Source: a virus. Taken from it: a DNA stretch of 64,000 nucleotides. Every line of letters starts with the position of its first letter. The stretch's first letter is position 1. A program made the position numbers and the translations under genes. Below are positions 35,850 through 45,125 of the stretch, piece by piece. The notes beneath the pieces were generated by a model. That model saw only the letters and a list, made by a program, of their open reading frames with translations. It did not search any database and was not told the DNA's origin. The stretch covers positions 8,884 to 72,883 of IMG/VR virus record IMGVR_UViG_3300022928_000019; one strand, given 5' to 3'.

Positions 35850-36907
35850 TAAGTTATCCCGTAAGTTCCTTTTTGAGTGTCGTAGATAGATAAAGCTTCT
35901 GCAGCGCTTAAAGCTTTATTCGTGTATACATCTACCTGCCCAATGTGACCATGAAAGTTTACACCCTTGAGAGTGTAATACTGTCTGCCTCCAATCATAA
36001 AAACATCATTATTATACCAGTTAAAGGTAGTATCAGTTCTCCCTATGTAAGGTCTCAACCTCTCCTCGTCAGTGAGACCTGCAGTTATAGTTGTCTTTGA
36101 CTCATATTGTCCATCAAGCCATAGATCAATAGATCCAAGTGAATTACCAGGATCTATGCTCCAAGCCATATGGTGCCATGAATCTACGACAAAATCACTA
36201 GCTAATTGTGTTTTTAAAACTTTTGCTGTGACGGCATTACTGTTTCCACTCATCTGTACACCTGCCCCAGTGAATGTTGTGCGAAAACCGTGAGGGTTGT
36301 ACTTATAGCAGGTTAGCGAAAATACGGTGTCATAAGAACCCATACTAGCAAAGTTGCTCAAAGGTTCCATTGATACTAAAATGCCATTATTGAGGGTAGA
36401 AAAATACCCATTTATTCGCAGACTATCGCAAAGGAGATACTGGCTTCTCGTACTATGATCGAGTCCATCAGCAAGGCCTAAGTTTGGCTTAAACCAAATA
36501 GATCCAGATTTTGGCACTTGTTTTCCCACGGAGGTATACTCTTCTCCAATTCCTTTATTTGAAAGGAGGTTGATACTGTTTTGAGCAGGCGAGCCAGCAT
36601 TGTTCGCAGTTACATGACCTGGAAAGAAGACGGTTCCATCTGGTTCCACTGTGAATTCCTTTTGTAGACCAAATGTCGCAGGACTGAAACGAATACTTTC
36701 GGTAGTGTCAGTAATAGGAACACTTACAGTATTTCCTGCATTGATGTCGTCTATCTGTGATGCACTAAGATTACTTGTGTTAAATGCATAGTGTTCTCCG
36801 GCGGGGGCTGAAGTGTATACTGATGATCCGTTGTAAACTAGTTCGTTTACCGTATTCCCATTGTAAGTCAAACTTGTGACGTCGACCCCATTGTATTTAA
36901 TTCCCAT
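35849..36907 (-). CDS. LamG/concanavalin A-like domain protein
   Basis: WHHMAWS...LWLDG...FMIGG...FHGHIGQV.VY.NKALSAAE; likely start MGIKYNG at 36907. Confidence 0.75.
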   Translation of the reverse strand: MGIKYNGVDVTSLTYNGNTVNELVYNGSSVYTSAPAGEHYAFNTSNLSASQIDDINAGNTVSVPITDTTESIRFSPATFGLQKEFTVEPDGTVFFPGHVTANNAGSPAQNSINLLSNKGIGEEYTSVGKQVPKSGSIWFKPNLGLADGLDHSTRSQYLLCDSLRINGYFSTLNNGILVSMEPLSNFASMGSYDTVFSLTCYKYNPHGFRTTFTGAGVQMSGNSNAVTAKVLKTQLASDFVVDSWHHMAWSIDPGNSLGSIDLWLDGQYESKTTITAGLTDEERLRPYIGRTDTTFNWYNNDVFMIGGRQYYTLKGVNFHGHIGQVDVYTNKALSAAEALSIYDTQKGTYGIT

Positions 36908-36935
36908 AAGGTTTATTTTAAGCTTAAGCGAATCT

Positions 36936-36957
36936 GTTATCAAGTATATTAAGTAAC
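36936..36957 (-). promoter_or_regulatory. 22-bp junction motif copy
   Basis: Minus strand GTTACTTA-ATATAC-TTGATAAC, contains the upstream TAA. Confidence 0.6.
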
Positions 36958-37416
36958 ATTAAATGCCTTCAGATTCCTTTGGTCTAGGCAGTATCCTTTC
37001 CCATGACCCAAGTCCTTAATATTCTCTTGTCGAATCAAGTCCTTCTTCCATGCCCAACCTTTAATGTCTACCGACCTTCCATCGACTATTGCGAGTACAT
37101 AGAAGTCAATATCTTGGTTAACTTTAAGTGTACTTAGAAGCCTAGCATTAGGGTAGTTAGATGATTTTATATCATACCTATTCCCTTTAAGAACTCCATC
37201 GTAACTTCCGCTTCTAGCTTCGGGAGCAAAGTCAGGGAAGCAATTAAACTTCTTAGCGAATGCATACTCAGCTACTGCTCCCATTACATCTGCTTCCGAG
37301 CCATCTTGTTTCCCCATCTTGGCATCCTTTACGCCTGTGCCTCTACTTATAAGGCTCCTCATCCTGCCTAGGATTTGGCAGAGGTTGTACTCTGCTTCTG
37401 TAAGCTCTAGTTTCAA
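36949..37416 (-). CDS. Putative PD-(D/E)XK-fold protein
   Basis: GAVAEYAF...YDG.....RYDIKS...DFYVLA. Confidence 0.55.
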   Translation of the reverse strand: MKLELTEAEYNLCQILGRMRSLISRGTGVKDAKMGKQDGSEADVMGAVAEYAFAKKFNCFPDFAPEARSGSYDGVLKGNRYDIKSSNYPNARLLSTLKVNQDIDFYVLAIVDGRSVDIKGWAWKKDLIRQENIKDLGHGKGYCLDQRNLKAFNVT

Positions 37417-37946
37417 ACTATTATTTCCTTATCAATTTGATCCTCTGGTAACCCACACTCACTTGAGTGACTATCTTCTAATGGCTTAAAGCTATCTCTC
37501 TTGATTCTCCATACCTCTCCCCCTAAATCGTGGATCATCTTTGCCTCATTCGGGAATCGGATGTCATCTACTACGCATCTGAAACATTGGTGATCTGTAG
37601 CACTTGCCCAGGCTATTAGGTCTGCGATCCTGTCGTGAACAGGAGCGATCCATATGTCTGGATGCATCGCTCGTCCCCACTCAGTCCCCAAGGTCTGTAA
37701 ACAGTGCCTAGCTGTTATGCCCTCGGGGAACCCTGGAATCTGTTCTTCCTTTAAGTTGTATAAATACTTTGAGGGTATGATTACCTCCAGCATCTTCTTA
37801 ATCGGTAAAGAAAGACTTAAAATTTCTCCGCCAATCTTTTGCGCGAATGTTGTTTTACCAACACCTTTGGGGCCGGTAAGTCCTATTACTGAGGGGAGGG
37901 TAAATTCTTCTGAATTAACTGCCTCACTGATCTTATATGTCTGCAT
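37413..37946 (-). CDS. Deoxynucleoside monophosphate kinase
   Basis: GLTGPKGVGKTT; R..LQTLGTEWGR; VDDIRFPNE. Confidence 0.85.
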   Translation of the reverse strand: MQTYKISEAVNSEEFTLPSVIGLTGPKGVGKTTFAQKIGGEILSLSLPIKKMLEVIIPSKYLYNLKEEQIPGFPEGITARHCLQTLGTEWGRAMHPDIWIAPVHDRIADLIAWASATDHQCFRCVVDDIRFPNEAKMIHDLGGEVWRIKRDSFKPLEDSHSSECGLPEDQIDKEIIV

Positions 37947-38131
37947 ACTTTAAATGGTTTTTTTCCTGCCTTTAGTTTAGGGCCAATTTTAAAATGGAAA
38001 TACTCACATGAACATTCACCGAATCCGTCATATTCTTCTAGATCCACTAGATGTACATTTTGTGGGTTTTGGAGTGATGTTAAGAGAAACCTTTGTGCCT
38101 CAAGATATTGTACCTCAAATTGAGTACTCAT
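37886..38131 (-). CDS. SWIM zinc-finger protein
   Basis: CSC..F...........CRH. Confidence 0.65.
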   Translation of the reverse strand: MSTQFEVQYLEAQRFLLTSLQNPQNVHLVDLEEYDGFGECSCEYFHFKIGPKLKAGKKPFKVCRHIRSVRQLIQKNLPSPQ

Positions 38132-38354
38132 TGTTTCTTAGAAAACTAGGTTTCACTCTGGGAATACCTGTTCCTATTCTTTCGCCATTTTTATCCCAAC
38201 CGCGGATTTGATCTTTTGCCCAGAATTTATCTACTGCTTGATCAATCTCTAACCTTATTTTGTGAAACTCCCCGGGCGAGAAATAAAGGGGCAGGGGAAT
38301 TTCCCCCGCCCCATATGACCCTACCCCAAGGTCATGAAGTAGATTCTTGTCCAC
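38115..38354 (-). CDS. Hypothetical protein
   Basis: 79 aa, overlapping operon arrangement. Confidence 0.5.
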   Translation of the reverse strand: MDKNLLHDLGVGSYGAGEIPLPLYFSPGEFHKIRLEIDQAVDKFWAKDQIRGWDKNGERIGTGIPRVKPSFLRNNEYSI

Positions 38355-38571
38355 CTTCGATTACCTGAAGCTTACTTTTAAGCTCTAGGTTTTCTACCTT
38401 GGTGGCAATTGCCTCAATTTTCTCCAAAATAGACTCAAGTCTTTGATACGCCTCGCTTCGAGACATGGCATTATTTCCAACAACATTAAGCTTTTGCTCC
38501 AAAGTGAGTGAGTCCCACTTTTTAGCTGCTTCTTCTTCTGCAGTTTGTTCTTCTGTTTTTTCTTCGCTCAT
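38332..38571 (-). CDS. Hypothetical coiled-coil protein
   Basis: 79 aa, coupled. Confidence 0.55.
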   Translation of the reverse strand: MSEEKTEEQTAEEEAAKKWDSLTLEQKLNVVGNNAMSRSEAYQRLESILEKIEAIATKVENLELKSKLQVIEGGQESTS

Positions 38572-38756
38572 TGTGCGTTTTTTACTAGTTGATAAATTTT
38601 CGAGATTGGTAGCCTAACTATAGCTTTTGCTGTCCTACCTTTCGGTTTGAAATCAATGGTCTGAAGCTCGGCATTGAGCGTGACAATTAAGTCACGCCCA
38701 TTGCCGTCATCAGAGTTAGTTTCTCTCGATAGGTTTTTGAGAAGTTTTGTAGCCAT
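38568..38756 (-). CDS. Hypothetical protein
   Basis: 62 aa, coupled. Confidence 0.55.
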   Translation of the reverse strand: MATKLLKNLSRETNSDDGNGRDLIVTLNAELQTIDFKPKGRTAKAIVRLPISKIYQLVKNAQ

Positions 38757-39157
38757 CAGTAGGGTACATCCTCGTCATCTTCAGGGACATTAACTGCTAC
38801 CTTAGCAGGAGCCTTAGGTGCAGCAGCATTATCATCCTTATTACCAGCTGCAAAGCCGAAGCTCATTGGTTTCACAACGAACTTAACTTTACGCTGTGGT
38901 TTACCATCCTTGCCCTCAAACTTGTCCTGTTTGATGTCGGCATCTAGATAAACAGCATCGCCCTTTTTGGCATACTTAGCGATGTAGTCACCAGCCTGTC
39001 TCCATGCCTCGAAATCATAAAAGGAAGCAGTCCGCTCACCTTTAACTGTTTCGTTAATGGCTAGGCTGAAGGTACACAGGGTAGCATCGCCAATCGTTTT
39101 AGTTGTAGGATCGGCTGTTAACCGTCCCATGAATTGTGCTTTGGAGTAAGAACTCAT
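38756..39157 (-). CDS. ssb: Single-stranded DNA-binding protein
   Basis: GRLTADP, FSLAIN, KKGD.V, acidic DVPY tail. Confidence 0.92.
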   Translation of the reverse strand: MSSYSKAQFMGRLTADPTTKTIGDATLCTFSLAINETVKGERTASFYDFEAWRQAGDYIAKYAKKGDAVYLDADIKQDKFEGKDGKPQRKVKFVVKPMSFGFAAGNKDDNAAAPKAPAKVAVNVPEDDEDVPY

Positions 39158-40425
39158 GATAATTTGGGTCGTGGTGTGAATTTTTGGATTTTTGGTTTAA
39201 AGCAGACCTCGACGTCACCACACCGTCCTTGGCGCTGCTTACTTATTGAAATTACTGTTTGATCGGGGTCATCATTCTGCCTCCATAGAAGAGCAACCAC
39301 ATCTGCATCCTGCTCAATGGCTCCCGACTCCCGAATATCGGAAAGCCTAGGCTTACGATTTAATTCATCTGCACCCCGATTTAGCTGACTGAGCATTATA
39401 ATCGGAATATTAAGTTCCATTGCTAGTGCCTTCATGGATCCTGCGATCTCGGCAACCTGTTGTTCACGAGGCATGCGAGGATCAATAGCTGACATCTTTT
39501 GCGCATAATCTACTACGATAAAATCCAATCCTTTACGCGCTAGCTTCCTAGCTTTGGATCTTACTTGGGCTGAGTTGATCATACCTCTGTCATCGATCCA
39601 AAAATTCTTAGACTTCATCCACATCATAGCTTCCTGATACTTGTTTAAGTCCTCAGGTCTTGCTGTCTTGTCTATTATGTATCCTAATGGAACTTCAGAT
39701 ACATTAGATATGAGTCTTTGCATGACTGCTTCTGCCTTCATCTCTAAACTAAAGAATAAAACATTCTTGCTGTTTTTAAGTGCAGATAATGCTAGTTCGC
39801 ATCCAAATGCAGTCTTACCTACCGAAGTTCGTGCTGCCAAAACTACAAGGTCACTTGGCTGCCAACCAAATGTCATGCGATCTAATTCGCCTATACCTGA
39901 AGGGATCCCCGACATACCATCAACTTCCATTCGTTTTTTTATGTTTACCCACATAGAATCCACGACATCGGAAGCTGATCGAGTCGGATCCTTAGTTTCG
40001 AGACTCATGCTAGTTAAGTCACGATCAGCTGCCTCTATAATAGAGTCAGTGGGAACTTGCTCATCGATGAGGTCACTGACCTCAAGAACGATTTTACGGA
40101 GTTGCCTACGCCTAAAGTCGTCTTTGCACTTCTCAAAATATCTATTAAATCCTGTGCTAGTGTCGCAAGAATGGATGATGTCAGTCACCCACGACCGCTC
40201 CTCGGAATCAAATTGAAGCATAATATCCACATCGATTACTTCACTAGTTTTGTCGCAGTCCTGAACAGCCAGCCAAAGTTGTTGGCAGTGAGGGTCAGAA
40301 AACCACTCCGTGGAAACACCAGCATCAATGCAGTCATCAATCAAATTAGCATCTTTCAACATGGTGCTAATAAGACCCCTCTCAGCTTGGTAATCAGTTT
40401 TTATCTCTGTTGTCGCAAAATTCAT
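39154..40425 (-). CDS. dnaB: Replicative DnaB helicase
   Basis: AARTSVGKT, FSLEM, VVDY, LSQLNR, RESGAIEQDAD, KQRQG. Confidence 0.95.
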   Translation of the reverse strand: MNFATTEIKTDYQAERGLISTMLKDANLIDDCIDAGVSTEWFSDPHCQQLWLAVQDCDKTSEVIDVDIMLQFDSEERSWVTDIIHSCDTSTGFNRYFEKCKDDFRRRQLRKIVLEVSDLIDEQVPTDSIIEAADRDLTSMSLETKDPTRSASDVVDSMWVNIKKRMEVDGMSGIPSGIGELDRMTFGWQPSDLVVLAARTSVGKTAFGCELALSALKNSKNVLFFSLEMKAEAVMQRLISNVSEVPLGYIIDKTARPEDLNKYQEAMMWMKSKNFWIDDRGMINSAQVRSKARKLARKGLDFIVVDYAQKMSAIDPRMPREQQVAEIAGSMKALAMELNIPIIMLSQLNRGADELNRKPRLSDIRESGAIEQDADVVALLWRQNDDPDQTVISISKQRQGRCGDVEVCFKPKIQKFTPRPKLS

Positions 40426-40936
40426 CTATATAAAGTTGGTCAATTTCGTTAATGTCTGTAGTGCCTCTGTATTTCTCAAATACAGGCTTTCTGTTATTTG
40501 AAGCCCAATCCATGAACTCATCGATGGACACATTTTCTTTTTTGTGACTGATGACAGGCCTCCATTCAGCATTATTTCTAATCCATGAGGTAAGGCACTG
40601 CCCCCATTGCTTTATGGGGTTTTTCCCCATGACCCACCCTTTAGCTTCATAGTGGCTAAAGAAAAGTTGAGCTTTAGGTTCAACTGGCTCAGGAATGTCC
40701 TTTGATTTAAAAAACTTAACTACCTCTTCTAAGTTTTTAGGCTTATTTCCTTCACCCAATGTTTTCTCAGCCCTTGGCTTACGAGTACGCTGTGGCTTAA
40801 CTTCAACCTTAATCTCAGGATGGTAGCTAGCTAGTGCAGCAAGAAACAAACCTTGTCGATCTAGACCACTAAAGTCAGACAAAGCATCAAGCCTAGCTTC
40901 AATGTTAGGAGATAGTCTAATTTCTAAGCGCTTCAT
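40394..40936 (-). CDS. Putative replication initiator/helicase loader
   Basis: F..HYE..GW..GK...K.W......W.RN motif; directly upstream of dnaB. Confidence 0.6.
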   Translation of the reverse strand: MKRLEIRLSPNIEARLDALSDFSGLDRQGLFLAALASYHPEIKVEVKPQRTRKPRAEKTLGEGNKPKNLEEVVKFFKSKDIPEPVEPKAQLFFSHYEAKGWVMGKNPIKQWGQCLTSWIRNNAEWRPVISHKKENVSIDEFMDWASNNRKPVFEKYRGTTDINEIDQLYIDEFCDNRDKN

Positions 40937-41354
40937 CTTCCACCTCCCTTAGCCAAATATAAATACCTGCATTCTGTGATCTTATCTTTTGAATCTGCAG
41001 ATCCACGACTTGAGCATCCGAGTTGTAAAAAAGCAACTTGCCCATGCAGTCCTGAAACATTTTGACCAAATTGTCAGCATCAGGCTTAGTAAAGTGCCAA
41101 GTCCAACCCTTATCTTTGACTGCTCGTTTCTCAGACTTAAGAAAAGGGAACTTATAAATGATTGTAAGTGCCAAAGGGCCTTCCAGAGGTCTCTCAGGAA
41201 CATAAGGCATGAGGAGGCTAGCAAAGTCTGCTTCCTGTTGCTTTCCCTTGGCGGTGGTATACGAAAATGGGATTCCATTCTTTTTAACTCCTACTCGTTT
41301 TGATGATTGTGCAGTGGATCTCGGTGGATTGCATCTAATGGTAAATGCCTTCAT
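40917..41354 (-). CDS. rusA: RusA-family Holliday junction resolvase
   Basis: KPDADNLVK...D......SDAQV. Confidence 0.88.
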   Translation of the reverse strand: MKAFTIRCNPPRSTAQSSKRVGVKKNGIPFSYTTAKGKQQEADFASLLMPYVPERPLEGPLALTIIYKFPFLKSEKRAVKDKGWTWHFTKPDADNLVKMFQDCMGKLLFYNSDAQVVDLQIQKIRSQNAGIYIWLREVEDEALRN

Positions 41355-42433
41355 GCTGCCGAAACCGACTTTGCTTTTTCCTTACGGAACATGACCTGTT
41401 CCAACCGTGTGCGAAGATCCTTCTTTGCATCCCCCTTAGACTGATCAGTATGCTCAGCCCATATCTTTATTAGGTCTGGTTCAGAAATCTTCGTAGCTTG
41501 GAGGAATTCCTTAACAGGTAGATTCGCAGAAAACAGAATTTCAGACGCACCCACAGCATCAAAGGAAGTAACACTTCCAGTATTACGCAGCTTCCAACCA
41601 GGAATATCAATACCACTCTCAAGACGACCTTTCGCAGTCGATTTAACGCTTTTGCCAAACCTTTCAATAAGTCCGACCCGCTCCATTTTTTCAGCCAATT
41701 CTTCGTTTGAAATATTTTCCATATCAGTTTCTTTATCAATTTCATCTTTAATTAATTTAAATGCAGCAGGGCAGTGTGCTAGAGCCTTGCAGTACTTGCA
41801 TTGTAGGTGACCTGCGGTCATCGGTGCATCCTCTGCCTCTACCTCGATAGCTAACTTTCTTAGTTTAATTGCTAGCATGTCAGATAGATCACGACCCATT
41901 ACTCCCTGAGTCCACTTTCCAATGGCAGGTTGTAGAAGAGCTACCCTCACGCGTTTCACCTGGGGGTAGTTTTGCATCACAAGTGTAGCATAAACCTGCA
42001 ACTGCTTATTCTTCGACGCCTCTTCGTAATGACCATAGAGCATTTTGTAATCGATGACGCTGGCATCCTCTCCATCGATTTCTAGATAATCGATCTGACC
42101 AGAGAGGACACCAATGCCTTCATCATTGAGTAACCACAACCTAAGTTCCCTAATCACTTCACCCTGCAACCCAAAAATCTTGGTTACTTCTGCCTCCATT
42201 CTTCGGCACTCTTGAATGATGAACGCATGACTAGAATCAAGTATATCATCAATCGGAGTTCCGTTTTCCATATAAGAGTGCAATTCTGTGCCTTGGGTTG
42301 CATCGGATGTGTCGTAATCCTTAAATTTCTGTGAGGCTTTAAAGCGAGCTTTGCACAGCATATTTTCGTAGACTGATGAACCCGACATCTTCGGGACACC
42401 CTTCCAAGCTCGCTCGTTTTTTACTATTCCCAT
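41351..42433 (-). CDS. Cas4-like PD-(D/E)XK exonuclease (DUF2800-like)
   Basis: GTELH..E, GQID, VIDYK, N.QL.VYA, CKYC....CP. Confidence 0.82.
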   Translation of the reverse strand: MGIVKNERAWKGVPKMSGSSVYENMLCKARFKASQKFKDYDTSDATQGTELHSYMENGTPIDDILDSSHAFIIQECRRMEAEVTKIFGLQGEVIRELRLWLLNDEGIGVLSGQIDYLEIDGEDASVIDYKMLYGHYEEASKNKQLQVYATLVMQNYPQVKRVRVALLQPAIGKWTQGVMGRDLSDMLAIKLRKLAIEVEAEDAPMTAGHLQCKYCKALAHCPAAFKLIKDEIDKETDMENISNEELAEKMERVGLIERFGKSVKSTAKGRLESGIDIPGWKLRNTGSVTSFDAVGASEILFSANLPVKEFLQATKISEPDLIKIWAEHTDQSKGDAKKDLRTRLEQVMFRKEKAKSVSAA

Positions 42434-42891
42434 CCCGACAAATCCGCCACTTTGTCAGTTTTAGGCTTAGGTAATGCCCATTTAGGTAATGTAGGTGGAG
42501 TAACAATCCTACGATTTTCGACAGCTACCCACTTCACAGGAAGATAGTAAAGATACCTTCCGATTCCCCACTTAACAGCTGCACGTTTAAATGCATCACT
42601 GATTCCACCCTTAACACCCTCGATGTTAGTGTCTCCAGCCCCATCGACTTTAGACACCCATCCATCACCAATATTTAAAGAAAGAGTGCATAGAAGCCTG
42701 CCCGTTTTGGTTTCGTAGTAATCGTCTGACCAATTCTCAAACCCAACCACATCATCGAGTCGTTTCATTACGTCTCTTGCATCAATGTAAGCTAATGCTG
42801 AACCTTTTTTTCCATCTTTAGTCATTTGACCAACGCGCCAGTGTACTACCTTCTCCTCGAACGGAGCCTTCAATCCTTGATAAATATCCAT
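42424..42891 (-). CDS. Rad52/Sak-family single-strand annealing protein
   Basis: LAYIDAR.V..RLD.V.G..NW, KGGISDAFKRAAVKWGIGRYLY. Confidence 0.88.
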   Translation of the reverse strand: MDIYQGLKAPFEEKVVHWRVGQMTKDGKKGSALAYIDARDVMKRLDDVVGFENWSDDYYETKTGRLLCTLSLNIGDGWVSKVDGAGDTNIEGVKGGISDAFKRAAVKWGIGRYLYYLPVKWVAVENRRIVTPPTLPKWALPKPKTDKVADLSGWE

Positions 42892-43100
42892 TAGGCTTCC
42901 TCCAATTCTGTTAGTGCCTCAACTTCTTTTTTGAGGACGCGCTGATATTTCGAAAACTTAGTCTTATAGGATTTCAAAACTCCTTTTTTGACCAAGTGTT
43001 TCACACTGCGAAATGAGTCGAAACCTAGCTTGGTTGCTGCCTCGGTAAGGCTGTAGGTTTCGTTCAATCGCACTATCCCATTCACTTTTGTACCACTCAT
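42891..43100 (-). CDS. Excisionase/Cro-like HTH protein
   Basis: YSLTEAA.KLG....V..LV..G.L..Y. Confidence 0.7.
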   Translation of the reverse strand: MSGTKVNGIVRLNETYSLTEAATKLGFDSFRSVKHLVKKGVLKSYKTKFSKYQRVLKKEVEALTELEEA

Positions 43101-43276
43101 TGAGTTACCCTTTTGGCGGTTAATGACACCTCGGTCAATAGATAATATTCGCAAAGTGCAAAAAAAATTAGCAATCTGTTAATTTTGGTGTAATAGGGTG
43201 AAAATAATGTATTGACTTTAGTAAAAAAATATTTCCTTTAGTAGGTCTTAACAATTAATTAGTTCCAGAAATCCCT

Positions 43277-43501
43277 ATGAATAAATCAGATAAATCAATA
43301 GGCATTCGCGTTACTGACGAATGTTACCAAAAAATCCAAGAGATGTGCGAAAGACTTGGGGGAATACCAATTAATAATTTCGCACAAAATTCGATTGAGA
43401 CTTGCATCGAAATGCTTGAATCAAAAACTTTAACAACACCGAAGTGGATAGCAGTAGGTCGTTATTCATTGGAATTTACAATAGGAAACAAATTGAAATG
43501 A
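43277..43501 (+). CDS. Putative ribbon-helix-helix regulator
   Basis: SIGIRVTDECYQKIQEMC; divergent from the HTH gene. Confidence 0.5.
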   Translation: MNKSDKSIGIRVTDECYQKIQEMCERLGGIPINNFAQNSIETCIEMLESKTLTTPKWIAVGRYSLEFTIGNKLK

Positions 43502-43815
43502 ACCGAATTGAAGTGCAGCTTGCTAGTGATAAACAAGTATTAGAATTTGATGAACCTGTAAAGTCAGTCGAGATTCTTAATTCTAAATATTACTTGAAAT
43601 CGTATATCCCTCTAGCTGCTCTTTTTGTGGGGCTTTTAATCGGACATATATATTCAAAACCTAAAGGATTGGTATATGATCCTCTCACTCATCGGTGTAT
43701 ACCTAAGGCTACTGCTAAACTCATGTTAAATCATGGATTGCATTGGTGCCGTGAACATAAAAGATTGGAAAAGAAATATGATTCTCCCAATTTCCCTGTA
43801 CTAGATTTTGAATGA
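43498..43815 (+). CDS. Hypothetical membrane protein
   Basis: One TM segment; ATGA overlap. Confidence 0.5.
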   Translation: MNRIEVQLASDKQVLEFDEPVKSVEILNSKYYLKSYIPLAALFVGLLIGHIYSKPKGLVYDPLTHRCIPKATAKLMLNHGLHWCREHKRLEKKYDSPNFPVLDFE

Positions 43816-43975
43816 TTATACTTAACTTAAAAGTATAGTACTTACTTTACCCAAGGCATTGCCTCCTTAAATCCCCCCCCTATAGTCCCCCCCCTTTGAT
43901 GGTTCCATGCCAAGTCGGAAGATGAGTAAATCCGTACGCTTTTACTCATTCACAAAATACCCAATCGGAACTTTA

Positions 43976-44008
43976 ACGTAGTTTTAACGTAGTTCATACG
44001 TAATCCAC
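43976..44008. repeat. Second cluster of 11-bp ACGTAGTT repeats
   Basis: ACGTAGTTTTA ACGTAGTTCAT ACGTAATCCAC. Confidence 0.7.
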
Positions 44009-44102
44009 TAATTTCGGTAGTTGGAATTTGTTATATAGGTATAGGCATAGGATATAGACATAGTCATAGATACAGAATCAGATTCAGATATATAAAAATT
44101 TG

Positions 44103-44143
44103 CAAGCGATGGCTAAAGGGGGCCGGCTTTAGCCATCGGCTTG
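44103..44143. terminator. Strong hairpin downstream of integrase 2
   Basis: GATGGCTAAAG/CTTTAGCCATC 11-bp stem plus CAAGC/GCTTG extension; lies between convergent genes. Confidence 0.55.
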
Positions 44144-44158
44144 AATGTCAGTATTTAT

Positions 44159-45085
44159 CTAGCCTACAGGCCGAATCTTGAAAAAGTTTACTGCATCTTT
44201 TTTCTCGGCTACAGAACTGCAGTAATGTCGGTGAAAAGTTTTATAATTTGAATGACCTGTGTACCTCATAGTCTGCTCCATACCCATGGTAAAGTATGCA
44301 TAGGTGCAGAAGGTATGACGCATCGCATCATGGGCAATTCTACCGAAATATCTGCGCCTTGCGATTCGGTAGGCATTGTAGGTGAATTTTTCCCTTATCC
44401 CATATTTCCTAACCCATGATATTAGATTATCAGGAAGATCATGGAGTACCCGAGTCGTCCGAAGCTTAGAATTTGCACCGAGGATATAGAGCTTCTTACC
44501 TTGCAAATCTAAATCCTTACTTTCGATTTTCAAGGACTCGTATGGTCTGACACCTGCGAAAAGTTGTATGGCTATTCTGCCTTTAAACTTATCGGGCATT
44601 TTATTAAGTAGATCCTTAGCCTGGTTAACTGACAGAATCTCAATGGGGTTCTCATCTTGTAAAACCTCAAGGATTTTAACATTGGTAAACTTTCTTTCGG
44701 GGCAGAAGCCTTGGTCTCCACACCAATTCAGAAAGCCACAAACATCATTTCTGTGACCGATCCTAGACCATCTCCCATCGAAACTTTCAGCAAACCGTTT
44801 GACATCTTGCCTAGTTATTTGGTCAACAGTTTTACAATCTGTCCAATTTAGGAAGCTAGTAAGCCTAGTTTTATAGGTCATCAAGCTTGCTTTACGGAGG
44901 TTCCTTTGACCGCATGCCTTCATATACATAAGGTATGCATCAATAATGCTCACATTATTGCATAACCCATTAGCCTCTTGAGGCTTATGAGTGGTGGGAG
45001 ATGGCAGATTCGAACTGCCGACCTCATGCGTGTCATGCATGCTTGGAACCCCCTTTTTGAATAGGTTCAAGAAGGGAATTTTCAT
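44159..45085 (-). CDS. int: Tyrosine integrase 2
   Basis: FAGVRPYE (R), HDAMRHT (HxxR-like), TGHS, HY. Confidence 0.9.
   Translation of the reverse strand: MKIPFLNLFKKGVPSMHDTHEVGSSNLPSPTTHKPQEANGLCNNVSIIDAYLMYMKACGQRNLRKASLMTYKTRLTSFLNWTDCKTVDQITRQDVKRFAESFDGRWSRIGHRNDVCGFLNWCGDQGFCPERKFTNVKILEVLQDENPIEILSVNQAKDLLNKMPDKFKGRIAIQLFAGVRPYESLKIESKDLDLQGKKLYILGANSKLRTTRVLHDLPDNLISWVRKYGIREKFTYNAYRIARRRYFGRIAHDAMRHTFCTYAYFTMGMEQTMRYTGHSNYKTFHRHYCSSVAEKKDAVNFFKIRPVG
44992..45042 (-). mobile_element. attP core: 3' part of tRNA-Val(GAC)
   Basis: CATGC-ATGACAC-GCATG anticodon arm, AGGTC, GGCAG-TTCGAAT-CTGCC T arm, ATCTCCC-A-CCA; no 5' acceptor strand or D arm upstream. Confidence 0.85.
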
Positions 45086-45088
45086 TGT

Positions 45089-45110
45089 GTTACTTAATTA
45101 TTTTGTTTAC
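45089..45110 (-). promoter_or_regulatory. 22-bp junction motif copy
   Basis: Minus strand GTAAACAA-AATAAT-TAAGTAAC, 3 nt before the int ATG 45085. Confidence 0.55.
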
Positions 45111-45125
45111 AGGTTGTTGTTTCCA

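Noticed and set aside
43140-43276. Specific sigma70 promoters in the divergent HTH/RHH gap
   Set aside because: TTGACT is present but no properly spaced -10 box was found; probably regulatory but cannot be placed.
44992-45070. Complete tRNA-Val gene
   Set aside because: No 5' acceptor strand (GGGAGAT) or D arm upstream, so it is an att fragment.
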